Shown one piece after another: positions 29,545-41,645 of a stretch of DNA of 64,000 nucleotides. Position numbers and translations under genes: made by a program. Below the pieces are notes generated by a model that had not been told where the DNA came from, did no database searches, and was given only the letters and a program-made list of their open reading frames with translations. Position 1 is the stretch's first letter. Every line of letters begins with the position of its first letter. Source of the DNA: the human T2T-CHM13v2.0 reference genome, Homo sapiens; NCBI RefSeq assembly GCF_009914755.1, contig NC_060925.1; one strand, 5' to 3'.

Positions 29545-30780
29545 TTTTCCAAGATCATCCTGTCCTCCAGTGTTCTATTGATTCAACTTCAGAATATATC
29601 CCAGACTCTGTCCCTCTTTACTCCTCACTGCTGTTGCCCTGGGTCCATCTGCCATCATCTCTCACCTGGATTATCTCAGTAGTTTCCCAACTGGTTTCCT
29701 TGTTTCCATTCTTGCCTCCTTCTGTCTACTCTCAATATAACAGCTAGAACAATCCTTTTACAATGGAATTCAGATCATGTTTACCCCTCTGTTCAAATTC
29801 TCCAGTGACTTTCCAGTTTTTACATGATCTGGCTTCTACTACCTGTCTCACTGTGTTTCCTACTACTCTCCTGCTCTTTCTCCTCTTAATAAACACTGGG
29901 CTCATGGTGTTTCCTTTAACATGCCAGGCATGCTTGACCCTGTCCTGTCTCAGGGCCCTGCTGTTCCCTCTGCCTGGAACATTCTTCCCATAGTGTCTGC
30001 ATGGCTCACTCTCTCACTGCTTTGGATTGCTGCTCAAAAGTCACCTTATCAAAGGCCTTTCCCAAAGGTTTAAAAATCATTCTACTATAAAGACACATGC
30101 ATACATATGTTTATTGCAGCACTATTCACAATAACAAAGACTTGGAACCAACCCAAATGCCCATCAATGATAGACGGGATAAAGAAAATATGGCACATAA
30201 ACACCATGGAATACTATGCAGCCATAAAAAAGAATGAGTTCATGTCCTTTGCAGGGACATGGATGAAGCTGGAAACCATTATTCTCAGCAAACTAACACA
30301 GGAACAGAAAACCAAACACCGCATGTTCTCACTCATAAGTGGGAGTTGAACAATGAGAACATACGGGCACAGTGGGGGGAACATCACACACCAGGGCCTG
30401 TCGGGGGGTGAGAGGCAAGGGAAGTGATAGCATTAAGAGAAATACCTAATGTAGATTATGGGTTGATGGGGGCAGCAAACCACCATGGCACATGTGTACC
30501 TATGTAACAAACCTGCACATTCTGCACATATATCCCAGAACTTAAAGTATAATTAAAGAAAAAGAAAAAGAAAAAAAAAGTCACCTTATCAAGACCCTCT
30601 AGGCTACTCTGCATAAAATATACCCCACTTCATATTTCCTATTTGATGTCTGACTCCCCCTCCTCCTTCACTAAAACGTAAGCTCCATAAGGGAAGGGAT
30701 TTTGTCTGTTTTGTTCTGTTGTATCCCTAAATACCTAGAAGCTGCTCAGTAAATATTTGTTGGTTGAATGAATAAATCAG
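29545..30780 (+). mobile_element. L2 (L2a-like) 3' region interrupted by L1PA
   Basis: catcatctctcacctggatta...cagatcatgt...tgcctggaac...; terminus ctcagtaaatatttgttggttgaatgaat. Confidence 0.85.
30061..30575 (+). mobile_element. 5'-truncated L1PA (L1PA7/8-like) 3' end with 17-bp TSD
   Basis: ORF 30107-30349 is the ORF2p C-terminus (MFIAALFTI...HRMFSLISGS), then 3' UTR and A-tail; TSD aaaagtcaccttatcaa at 30036-30052 and 30576-30592. Confidence 0.95.
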
Positions 30781-30984
30781 CCTATTATTTAATCAGTCAA
30801 TGTCCTCTGTAAAAAGGACTTCTCATACCAGTGGCACATATCTGTATGATGGTCAGTGTAGGGAGGGACATGGTCAGAATGGCTCTGTCTGTGTGGGATA
30901 GTTTTTCTTAGTATAATCCCAGAAGACTCCTATTGGGGTTAAGCCACAGATTTAGCGTTATTAGTACCACTCTTTAATCATAAA

Positions 30985-31155
30985 GTCAGAAGATGTTATG
31001 ATTGGAAGGGATCTGGGGGACTGTTTGGTCCACTTTTCTCATTATTGATGTGAGAATAACAGAGCCTAGAGAAAGTAAGTGAATTACTCACAGTCATAAA
31101 GCTGTAGGGGTCAATCTGAAATTAGGCTTCTGACATACGATTCTGTAGTCTTTCC
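30985..31155 (-). mobile_element. MIR
   Basis: gattggaagggatct...acagagcctagagaaagtaagtgaattactcacagtca. Confidence 0.65.
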
Positions 31156-32485
31156 TGCATGTGCTCCCCCTGGCTGAGACAGTTTGTGGGCTTTCAGAGT
31201 TGACAATTTTCTCTCCAGTCTCTAAACAGGAGCTTTTATCTGGACATTCTAGGTTAGCATAGATGGACGATGACCCTGTAATGTGTGGAAAGTCCCAAAG
31301 GGTGAGCACTGTGAATGGGAACTACCCCAGATGTGTCAGGAGCACCACAGGCACGCTCACTCTTCCATTGGCAGGAGATGTGTAGGGTGGAAAGGAAACC
31401 AAAATCAAGACCCTTTGTTGCTCCAGTTCTTTTATTACATGTCACAGTCGAATGTGTCTCCATTTAAATTCAGATTTTTTGATGAATGGCCAGACCAGCT
31501 GCAGGCCCTTTGGGCCAGAAGCCTTGATCTCGCCAACTGTTCATTTTCTTGATGGACTTCCTTATTTCAGGCATTTGTGTGTAGCTGGTCTATTGTGGAG
31601 TTGTCAGAGGGGTGTAGAGCCCCCTCTTTGGGACAGTCAGTCCTCCCTGTGCAGCATGTCCTGAAGCTGGCCTGCCTCCATCCTCTTTCTAAGTGTGTGA
31701 GGTCTTTTGTTAAACAGGGTAAAGTGAGGGAGGACTCCTAAAGAGAGAAAAACTCCTCCAGCATTTGCTGGAACATGTTTGTGAACTGAGCAAGATGTAA
31801 TTGGGATGGCATAAAAAAAAGACTTACATTTACTTAATTTCTTGCTGTCTGGTTTGTGATATATGGTGCCCCAAATTGAGGTTAGAAGGAGCTTTGATCA
31901 TATGTCAAGGAGGTGTCATATTTAATTCTACTCCCTGTGGCCTCTCTTACAATACCAGTCATGCATAAAGCCCGTGGTTTTGCTGCATCTAGTTTTACTG
32001 AAGCAAAGGCTCTGCACTTTCATAGTTTACACTGACATATTTCTAGTTTGCATCTGAAACGTACTCTGAGGATGCTGACTTCCAGATAGCCATTTTTGGG
32101 TTAAGGGAAGTTCAAGTCTCCTGACTATAGTAGCTACACCACCTGGAGAGCTTCATTTTGGTTTGGTGACAAAATTTATTTTAGCTTAGTTTTCTTACAT
32201 TAGGTGGGCAAAATAAGAAAGGCCAGAAAAGTTTAGGACAGTTTTCTGAGACACTCAGCAAAACTATGAGGCCTAGAATTGAGAACTGGGTATTACCCTG
32301 TAGATGATGTCTTTTCAAGCTGGGCTAGTGGAGTTTCTGAGCAGCAGCTGCATTCTCCTTGTACATCTTCAGGTTTTGTAGGATTACCTTTAGCCCTCTA
32401 AGTGATCAGATCCGCCTCACTGTCACTCATGGGAGCCCTTGATCTGGACAACGTGGACCTTGAGTAGCTGAGTTCAAACAACTGA

Positions 32486-32830
<345 letters not shown>

Positions 32831-34164
32831 TAATTGAAGAGGTAGAGAAGCAATCTCAAGGTCAGGACAACTTACCCTGAGGTTCTCACTTGTCAGGGAT
32901 TGTGCTGGATTCTGACTTAGGTTCTGCCATCAAACACAGAATGCCCTGATCCTTAGAGGCAGAGGCAGCTCTTTAGCCTATAGGGTAAATAACCGGGAAT
33001 GGAATTCTCACCAATTCTTATCTTCTATGCTAAAAGTTTTACTTTAAGATTTAGGCCTGCTTTTTTCTTTCTCTCTGTCTCTCTCTCTTTTTTTTTCCCC
33101 CAGTAACAGTTTAAAATTGGTGCCTTAGACGCAAGCAAAAAGATATTAGCACAGCTTTAGAAATAAGTGTGAGTCCACATGTAATTTTTTAGTTTCTCCT
33201 CTCCCTTCGCTTTTTGCTTTCTTGGTAGTATGCTAATTGTATTCTTTTTCTGCATCTTTTTTCCCCATTCTTTGGCAGATATTATTACTTGTCTTGAAAG
33301 AGTAGGTGAAGAGCTGTTTTTAGGACTCTTTGAAAGGGTACAGTATGGATGACAGTCTTGGCTAAATGTAATCAGATCCAGGAAGCTGGAGTCAGTGTGA
33401 GCTGGAATCAGTTCAAATTAGCAAAGCACTGGCGCTCAGTGGCAGGAATACAAGTGACCACAAAGTGTTAAACACATCTGGAAAGGGATTCTGACATCAT
33501 CCTGAGAATCTTTGGGGAATACATATAGCCTGTAGACCCATTCCTCTTTGACCCTATAAAGATTCTTTAAAGAGTAATACCCTGAGTGGTTTTCTGGCCA
33601 GCTTGCCTGCTCATTTATCTTTGAGGAGATGGAAGGAGACAATATGCCTCGTGGAGATCCACAGGCCCTAGAGGTGTATGGATTGTGCATTTGGAAGTGC
33701 TGAAGCTGAGAGACTGGGTCTCTTGGTGGACCCCAAGGGATCTGCTTTTCCTCTACTCATTGTCCCTACACAACTTTTCCTGGCAGCCGGCATTGCTGTT
33801 TAGATGGGTTGTTCTTTGCTGTTTAAGTTGTTTGGCAGTGGTGTGTCAGGATGCGGGTTTTCTGAATACTTTCCCAGCTGGTTACTTGAGTGGTGGTTAG
33901 GGAGGGGCTGTTCTGGGGCTGCTCTGGAGCTGTTGAGGTCGGGTGTCTGTCTGGATACTCACAGCTGGTCTGTCGAGGAGAACGCTGTTCTCATTCTGCT
34001 GCCTTTGGTGGTGCTGTGTGTGGCTCTTTAGATGTGGGTGGAGATGAGTTGGGGGAGTTAATGAGATCTTTTTTTAGCTGCTTTTGATAAAGTAGTCTGT
34101 ACTACAGGATTCATTGTGACTTTTTCCCTTAACCTGTGCATACTTCTTTGCTAGCCTTTGTGAA

Positions 34165-34690
34165 AGAGAGTTCAGCCCCTCTTGCCCTCTTGCTCTTTCG
34201 CTCTCTCTTGCCCTTCTGCCTTCTGCCATGGGATGATGCAGCAAGAAGACCCTCACCAGAGGCAGGTTCCTTGACCTTGGACTTCCTAGCCTCCAGAACT
34301 GTAAGAAATTCTTTTCTCTTTTCTTTTCTTCTTTTCTTTCCTCCCTCCCTCACTTCCTTCACTCTCTCTCTCTTTCTTTCTCTTTTCTTTCTTTCTTTTT
34401 TTTTTTTTGAGGCGGAGTCTCGCTCCGTCCCCCAGGCTGGAGTGCAGTGGCTAGATCTCGGCTCGCTGCAAGCTCCGCCTCCCGGGTTCACGCCATTCTC
34501 CATTCTCCAGCTTCAGCTCCCGAGTAGCTGGGACTACAGGCGCCCGCCACCAGGCCCGGCTAATTTTTTTTGTATTTTTAGCAGAGACGGGGTTTCACCG
34601 TGTTAACCAGGATGGTATCGATCCTTTTTTTTTTTTGTTTTAAATTATGCAGTCTGTGGCATTCTGTTATAACAGCATGAAATAGACAAA
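34165..34690 (+). mobile_element. 3' half of an MST/MLT1A-type MaLR LTR, interrupted by AluY
   Basis: ccttctgccatgggatgatgcagcaagaagaccctcaccaga...ggacttcctagcctccagaactgtaagaaat...tgtggcattctgttataacagca. Confidence 0.85.
34310..34623 (-). mobile_element. 5'-truncated AluY with expanded CT-rich tail
   Basis: AluY diagnostics gcaagctccgcctcccgggttcacgccattctc and ccaggatgg; many intact CpGs; ends at ...tcgatc. Confidence 0.92.
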
Positions 34691-34994
34691 GGCTCCATTT
34701 TCAAGAGCAAGCCCTTTTGTAGTTTCTGAGCTAATTATGACTGCAAAGGAAGTTCTATAGGTAGCCTCAGATCTACCACCTAGTAAATCTGCTACTAACC
34801 AGACCTAGAATCTAGGATTCTAGATCAAGTGCTGGGCAACATGATACCTCTGCAACTTGGCACCTCCCTATATCCCTCCAGTTGGTTTGGCCCATCAGGA
34901 CTAATATTACCCCTCATATCCTAGTCTCTCTTGTAGGCAGAAGCCTTGCCTAAACCCTAAGCTGCTTAGCTCACATTCTGTCTTGCTTTTTCTG

Positions 34995-35548
34995 TTTTTT
35001 TTTTTTTTTAGGAGGGGGTTCAAATATAAAATATACGGGAAAGAAATATAATGAACCTCCATGTACCCAACACCCGGATTAAACAGTTATCTCAATTTTG
35101 CCAGACTTGTTTCATCTACTTCAATCTCCCTAAACATTTACATTTGTACAGGAAAAACTGGATAAATACCTAATTCTCCACCCTATCTCCCATTTTAAGT
35201 CATTTTTCAGAATAATGAGTTAGTGACTAGTAACCTCCACTGTAGTGACCAATAGTTTTTTTTCCTGAATATCGTAATGAGCTCATAGATTATTGTTTGC
35301 ATTTGAGCCCATTGTAGTCACTATTAATTGTTTTAGATGCTCATATTGTCTCAGGTTAATAAGTATCTCTTCAAGTTGACTCCCATGGCCTTTTGACGTG
35401 ATCCTGTTGGACTTGGATGGCTTCCTTGTTTTCTGGCAAAAAAAAAAAAAAGGTGTTCCAGGATCTATATCCTGCACCATACATGGAGTCAGCCATTTCT
35501 CTAGGGGGTCTTGATTCCTTTTAGTAGAGAACACAGTTTGGGCTCTAG
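34995..35548 (-). mobile_element. L1MC4/5-like 3' UTR fragment nested in the ERV
   Basis: Poly-T, ataatgaacctccatgtaccca..., ggagtcagccatttctc...ttccttttagtagagaa. Confidence 0.75.
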
Positions 35549-37980
35549 GACTGAATTACTTTTGTGAACCTCCTTTCCTGCGATTACAGCCTGCACCCCT
35601 GCTTATAGCCAGTAGAAGCTCTTGTTGGGCATCAACAGATCGAAAACCACCATGTAGTTCTGCCTCACTCTTACAAAGATTCATCTCTTGAGAATTTTGT
35701 GCTCTACCCCCGTTGTAGTCTTTATGGTTTTGAAACTTTTGCTTCAGTCACCCTGAATTTTGCCAGCCATAGACATGCCATACCTTGGATTGCCAAACTG
35801 CCCTCACTGGAGCCAATTTCTCTGGTTAGAATAGTTGTCCCAACTCATGCTTAATACTCTAGTAAGCAAGGTTCCACCTGGGCTCAGGTTAACTTTTCTC
35901 CTTTGGGCCCTGTGTTCTACCAGCATTCCATTTAACTGAAACCCTCCCTCACCTCATCAAGATCTTATCTGGTCTTTAATGATTTACTCTGCTGCTTCCT
36001 GGGTTCTAAAGAATCCAGTTCAGGAGTTCCTCTTTCAGTTCGAGATCTTATTGGCCTGTCTCGTCAGGTTGGTGTCAGCCCAGCTAGGATTAAGCAGAAT
36101 GGGGTTGGGGGTTGTAGTGCACTTTTGACACAGCGTGTACCTGGCTGACTACTTCTCTGTCTTTTTTTTCCTATTGCAATTCATGAGTCTCAGCATCTTC
36201 TGAATGGTGTTTAGTAGGTCATCATGTTGAGTTCCTGCTCTAGGGAGTAGCATACTCTGGCTCTGTATCATTGGCAAAGGGATTTAAGGTTAGATGATAG
36301 GCTGCAGTTTTGTTAAATGGAACAATATGAAGAGATGGCATTATAAAGAGGCTTGGCAGCAGGGCCCATTTGAATGGTTGGTTCTTGATTCCCATGTTGA
36401 TATAGGCAGATCCTTGACAGGAATTTTGAATGGTCCCAAATGTGGTAAATCGCTGGTACATCAAGTCATCCTCAAAGTTGTCTGTGTAACTGTGTTGAAT
36501 GCAGTTTTGTGAATCTCTGGTGATTGTCTGTATAGGGCTTCATCATTTAGTTATTTTAGTTGAGCCTGTTTAACTTCTTCAAGAAGATAAGATATGTGAA
36601 AGAGATGCAGACAGTAGGGAAAAAGCTAGGAGCTTTGCTCCCCCATCCTCTACTTGGGTTCTGGAACTGGACTCATAGGTGAGTAGTGAGGAGCTGGGCT
36701 CAAGCGAATTAATCCCGGATCTAGCTGTGCTATGTGTTCGCTCCAGTCTTTGTGTCAAAGTTCACTTTGAGCCACTCAGAGTAGCGTGTAGAGTGGTCAT
36801 TCAGGACTGTGCTAACTTACACTTCATTGTATCAACTGGGAGATCCAGTAATTTATAGTCTATTATTTCTGGAGTCTGGAGATGACTCTGTATAAGCTTT
36901 GCTGAAGCAGATTTTATTACATTAGAAGAGAACCTACCTGGCTGCATCCAACACCAGAAGCTTTTAGATGCTAAGTAAGGAGGTCATAGTAAAGGTAACA
37001 GAATGACTCTGGAACCCATTACCCCTACCAAGAAGGGGAGTAATGAATTCCGGGTTGCCCTCTTTTCATTTCCCTTTGATTTTGAGTAATAAATTCCCTC
37101 CTTACTTCCCAGCTGAACAATTTGGGAGTCTGTATTCCCTAGAAAGACTGTTCACATACCCGTCAGACTAAATTAGGTGAAATCTCTTTGGCCTTAATGA
37201 ATGTTGAAGGATTTTAAAGGGCTAATGGAAATTCTTCTAGAAGTAACAATTCCCATTCTATTGGTGAGGCAGTTCTAAAGAAAGTCCCTGAACCTCTTAG
37301 GTTATTTTGTACAGCAAAAGAACCAGCATTGGGTTTTCTTTGCTAATAGATGACAGGGAGAATGTAGACACTTGGAATACATGGAGAATCCCTAAGTTGC
37401 ATTTTAGCCTTCATGTTATGTCTCCTTTCCTAACCTTTTTACCAGAGCTGATCACAGGAAACAGCATGATAGATTTGCATGACCTAGCTCCCTGCCTTCT
37501 CCTGCCATTCTTTTAGAAAGTGGTGAGTGGCTGCCTGCCAGGTAAAATCTGGGTGACAAAATCCAAAGTTAGATTCAGAGTTATAAGCATAGCCCCCACC
37601 CAAGTTGCTTCCAAAGAAAAGAAAGGAAGAGTGTTGTGTAAAATCTTGCTTCCTTGCCTTTAAATTGGGTACTTATTGAGTTACCACATTAGAATCGTGC
37701 ATTGTGCTAGTTGTTGTACTCCTGTTGATTGATTAATTTCATTCTACATTCATGGAACACCAACAATGTGCCTGGTACTATGCTGAGTACCTGAGATAAA
37801 AAGATAAACAGGAGTTGGTCCTTACCACTTAGAGCTCACAGTCTACTACTGCGAGAGTGTGGGAAGGTATGATAAGAGCTATAGTGGTCTTGCCACATAA
37901 TTTGCATTTGTATCTTAAAGCCAGTGGGGAACCATGGAAATATTTTAAGCAGGGGAGTGACATGATTCATTTGCATTTTA

Positions 37981-38314
37981 CTTTTTTTTTTTCTTTTATG
38001 AGACAGAGTCTTGCTCTGTCACCCAGGCTTGAGTGCAGTAGTGTGATCATAGCTCACTGTAACCTCAGACTCCTGGGCTGAAGTGATCCTCTTGCCTCAG
38101 CCTGTTAAGTAGCAGGGACTACAATTGTGCACCACTACACACTGCTATTTTTTTTTTTTTTTTTTTGAGATGGGGTCTCACTCTTGTTTCCCAGGATGGA
38201 GTGCAGTAGCGTGATCATGGCTTGCTGCAGCCTCACCTACCTGGGTTCAAGCGATCCTTGTGCCTCAGCCTCCCAAGGTGCTGCGATTACAGGTGTGAGC
38301 CACTATATTTGGTC
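37981..38314 (-). mobile_element. Atypical AluJ-age dimer with two right-arm-length monomers inside one TSD
   Basis: Both arms contain ggagtgcagtag.gtgatcat; TSD tcatttg(c/t)atttt at 37967-37979 and 38315-38327. Confidence 0.85.
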
Positions 38315-38542
38315 TCATTTGTATTTTTGAAAGATCACTGGTGGCAGTGAAGATACCAGTGGGTTGGAGGGAGGGAGACTAGAGGCAATAACAGTTTAGA
38401 TAATAGATATTTACTGAGCCCCTGCTAAGTGCCAGGCACTGATCCAGGTGCTGGGAACCTAGGGGGTGAGTGAATAAGACAGTCTCTGCCCTCATGGAGC
38501 TTACATTCTAATAGTGGTAGAGTAGTGTGGTGGTAGGAAAGC

Positions 38543-38545
<3 letters not shown>

Positions 38546-38595
<50 letters not shown>

Positions 38596-38669
38596 TATAT
38601 ATATATATATACTATATATATATATATATATACTATATATATATATATACTATATATATATATATATAC
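38546..38669. repeat. Interrupted (TA)n array, five C(TA)n blocks
   Basis: (TA)24, (TA)8, (TA)10, (TA)8, (TA)9 each preceded by a single C. Confidence 0.97.
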
Positions 38670-39060
38670 ATGCAACAAATGATATTTTTTCAGATGGTGA
38701 TAAGTAATTTGAAAAAATAAATAAATAGAGCTATGGGAGTTAGAGTGTTTGGGCATTGGGATGGGTACTAATGGGAATGGGCAGTGAAGGCCTCTCTGAG
38801 GAGGTGATATTTGAGCTGAGGCAGCTATGAGAAGACCTAGGCAAGAGTGGTCCTGATGGGTAGAACGGCAAGTGCAGGGACCTAAGATGTGAACAGGCTT
38901 GGCACGGTGCGTAAGCACCGTAAAGATGGTCAGAGTAGCTGGAGCATGGTGGAGCCCAGAGGAGCAAGTAATAGTCAGTTGAGGGTGGAGCACATTCTAA
39001 GCCATGGGAAGGAATCTGGATTAATTCCAGTGGAGTAAGAAGCACTGTGATTAATTAAAT

Positions 39061-39238
39061 CAGGGGTCAGCAAACTACAGCCCATGGGTCAAATCTGTCC
39101 TGCTGCCTATTTTTATGAATAAGCCATATTGGAACAGTCATACAAGAGCAGAGTTGAGTAGTTTCAACAGAGAACATATGGCCCAGAAGCCTAAAATATT
39201 TACTATCTGGCCTTTATAGAAAGAGTTTACTATCCCTG
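39061..39238 (+). mobile_element. MER58A-like hAT-Charlie MITE with 8-bp TSD
   Basis: TIRs caggggtcagcaaact / agtttactatccctg; TSD aattaaat at 39053-39060 and 39239-39246. Confidence 0.92.
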
Positions 39239-40198
39239 AATTAAATGATCTAATTTAAGTTTTGAGGAGACACTCTGGCTACTGTTGAGATAATTAATGG
39301 TAGGAGACAAGAGTATATCTGAATAGTTCAGATAAGAAATAACTAGATGTTGAGCCACCAGAAAGCAAAGATCACACCGTTTTTGTTCTGTTTAAAAACA
39401 CCTAGGTATGCTTTATACTCATTAAATATTGTTGAATGAATGATGAGATGCTGAATAAGGGAGTGCCAGTGAATATGAAGGGGAAGTGAGGTTTTGAGAA
39501 ATATTTAGGAGGTAAAAAATCAGTGCAGCTTATTGTTGACAAGGTGAATAGAAATAGGAGTAGGACAGAAGGAGGACTGTAGATGCCCTTCAGGCTTCTG
39601 GTTCAGGGATCTTGGTGCATGGTTGGTGTTCCATGAACCTAGAATGAAATTGATCAATCAACAGGCTATTAACTGAGACAGGAGAAGTGGAGATACAAAG
39701 AGCATACACTGCCAGGAAGAAGGAATTAATCTTTGGACATGAGACTCCCGGGACATCCAGGTAGAGATGTCTAAAAGGTAGTTGGAAAGACAGAGCTCGG
39801 TGGCATGATGCCTAGACTTATGGTAACCAGAATTCTGGAGTCGTTAGCTAGTGTGGGCTCTCCTAAGAAGGGTGTGTGATGAGAAGGTCAGGGTTGGATT
39901 TCATAAGGCATTCATTTCCATTACATTTTGGATCCAGAGAGGAGGCAAAGGTAAACTAGCTGTGTGGACAGTTTGCATCAGTCAGTCAGTCAGATCATCC
40001 CATGACCATGGCATATTTTTTCTGCAGAAGCTGATAGGCTCAGATGAAGCCTTGCCTTATCTGTTCCTCTGGCTGCCAACCTCTTTCTCTTAGTTGGGTT
40101 GACTGGGGCAGTGGTGGAGGTTTCTTCCCAGACTCTCTGCTAAGGTTGGAACATTTGTGGCCTTTTAATTCTGTAGGTGATTCATATTTGCATTTATC

Positions 40199-40483
<285 letters not shown>

Positions 40484-41269
40484 ACATGTTTGCATTTATC
40501 TAGTTGAGGCTATGGGTAGGTAGAAGTGTCTAGTTGTTCTTGGTGTTTTGTTAGAGCAAGAACTCTCTGACCCAAGGGTTAGGTAAGTGGCTAAGTTTTA
40601 TTAAACATTGTTAAATATTAATAAATTTATTAAATATTATTAAATTTATTAAATATTGTGGGTTCTTTTAACCCACAAAGCTAGATAAACCCATTAGAAG
40701 TCCTGAACAATAGCTTCCCCTTTCCTTTTTGTCTGGGGAAGGGGAACCACAGAAATACTTAATAAAAAAGCACTTGTGCTGAAAATGGTCTTAAAACTGG
40801 ATGCAAATCTCCCCTTTACAGAAGTTCATTATGAAAACCCAAGGATGAAATCAACATTGTAAAGGGAGTAGGGAAGGAGGACCACTCTCTATCCCGCTCT
40901 TCCACCCCCCTCATATTTTTTTCAGCATACTGTCACACCTCTGTTGTTTGTACATTTTTAGAAGACACTTTTTGAACACATTTTAACCCCGTCTTACATA
41001 TAATATTCAAATTTTAGGGTCCCATGTTTTATGAGTTTCTCCTTTTCTAAAGAAACAGTTGAGTAATAGTTTTGCTACTCCTCTAACCTAAATTATTCCT
41101 GTCATGAGGTTAGTGACTTCTGACAGGCAGAGGTAAGTAGTTTAAAGCCTGATTACCTAGTCCCAAAGTGGACGAAATGGAGCCTTGAACCAAATAAATA
41201 GGTAGTAAAGGTAAATTTAAAATATGAAAAAAAATTTTTTTGAAAGGCATATGTTGACGAGTATTATTT

Positions 41270-41645
41270 CCACTCCTGTCTGGTCCACCCTGTAGAACCC
41301 CTGCTCCTTATTGTGGGTGTCACTCTTAATAGTTCCTTATATATCTGTGCAGTGTTTCTTTATGTAAATAAAAGGAGATATGAACATATGTTCTTACCCC
41401 TCCACGTTCTTTTACATGAAAGGTAAATCATTATCTAACCTGTTGTGTACTATTTTGTCCTTAACAGTATGTCTTGGGGATCTTTCCTTGTTGGTACAGA
41501 GAAAGCTTTCTCATTCGTATATCAGAGCTGCATAGTATTCCATTGTGTGGATGGCTGCCTCCTACTTTATTGAATCAGTTCCTTACAAATGTGCACTTGA
41601 GTTGTTTCCGGTATTTGCTATTACAAGCAATACTTCAGTGAACAA
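41270..41645 (-). mobile_element. L1ME-like 3' end fragment
   Basis: gctgcatagtattccattgtgtggatg...gttgtttcc...ttgctattacaagcaatacttcagtgaaca. Confidence 0.8.

Larger units (their letters stand above)
33330..36620 (-). mobile_element. Degenerate class III (ERV-L-like) endogenous retrovirus interior: gag, protease, RNase H and integrase remnants, RT core missing
   Basis: Manual minus-strand translation gives collinear matches to remembered HERV-L proteins. Gag ELLNWIL*NPGSSRVNH*RPDKILM (~36030-35955) vs ELWHWLINHGVPRSEIDRKPTAFLL. Protease CLLEY*A*V (~35868) vs GLLDTGSEL, and VVFDLL...L*AGVQAVIAGK (~35650-35573) vs IIGIDIL...LTCGVRAIMVGK. Tether LGF (~34955). RNase H QIPWG (~33735). Integrase WPENHSGY...MCLTLC and PASW..DYI*P (33389-33361) vs PATWWQVDYIGP. 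Confidence 0.75.
37735..39900 (-). mobile_element. Fragmented L2 region (several pieces) hosting Alu, (TA)n and MER58A
   Basis: L2 hallmarks ttttaagcaggggagtgacatga, tttactgagcccctgctaagtgccaggcact, gaaggcctctctgaggaggtgatatttgagctgag. Confidence 0.75.

Noticed and set aside
30107-30349. Clean 80-aa ORF as a CDS
   Set aside because: It is the C-terminus of L1 ORF2p in a 5'-truncated copy with no promoter
35570-36030. Resemblance to Mononegavirales L polymerase motifs (GMSMAGKIQGD, ELKEELLNW, and DSSFLD near 33385), suggesting an endogenous RNA-virus element
   Set aside because: Spacing and order do not fit an L protein, and the same bases give more numerous collinear matches to ERV-L Gag, protease and integrase
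40597-40658. Repeated ttattaaa(t/c)att units
   Set aside because: Short AT-rich slippage repeat; no spacers or conserved repeat of CRISPR type
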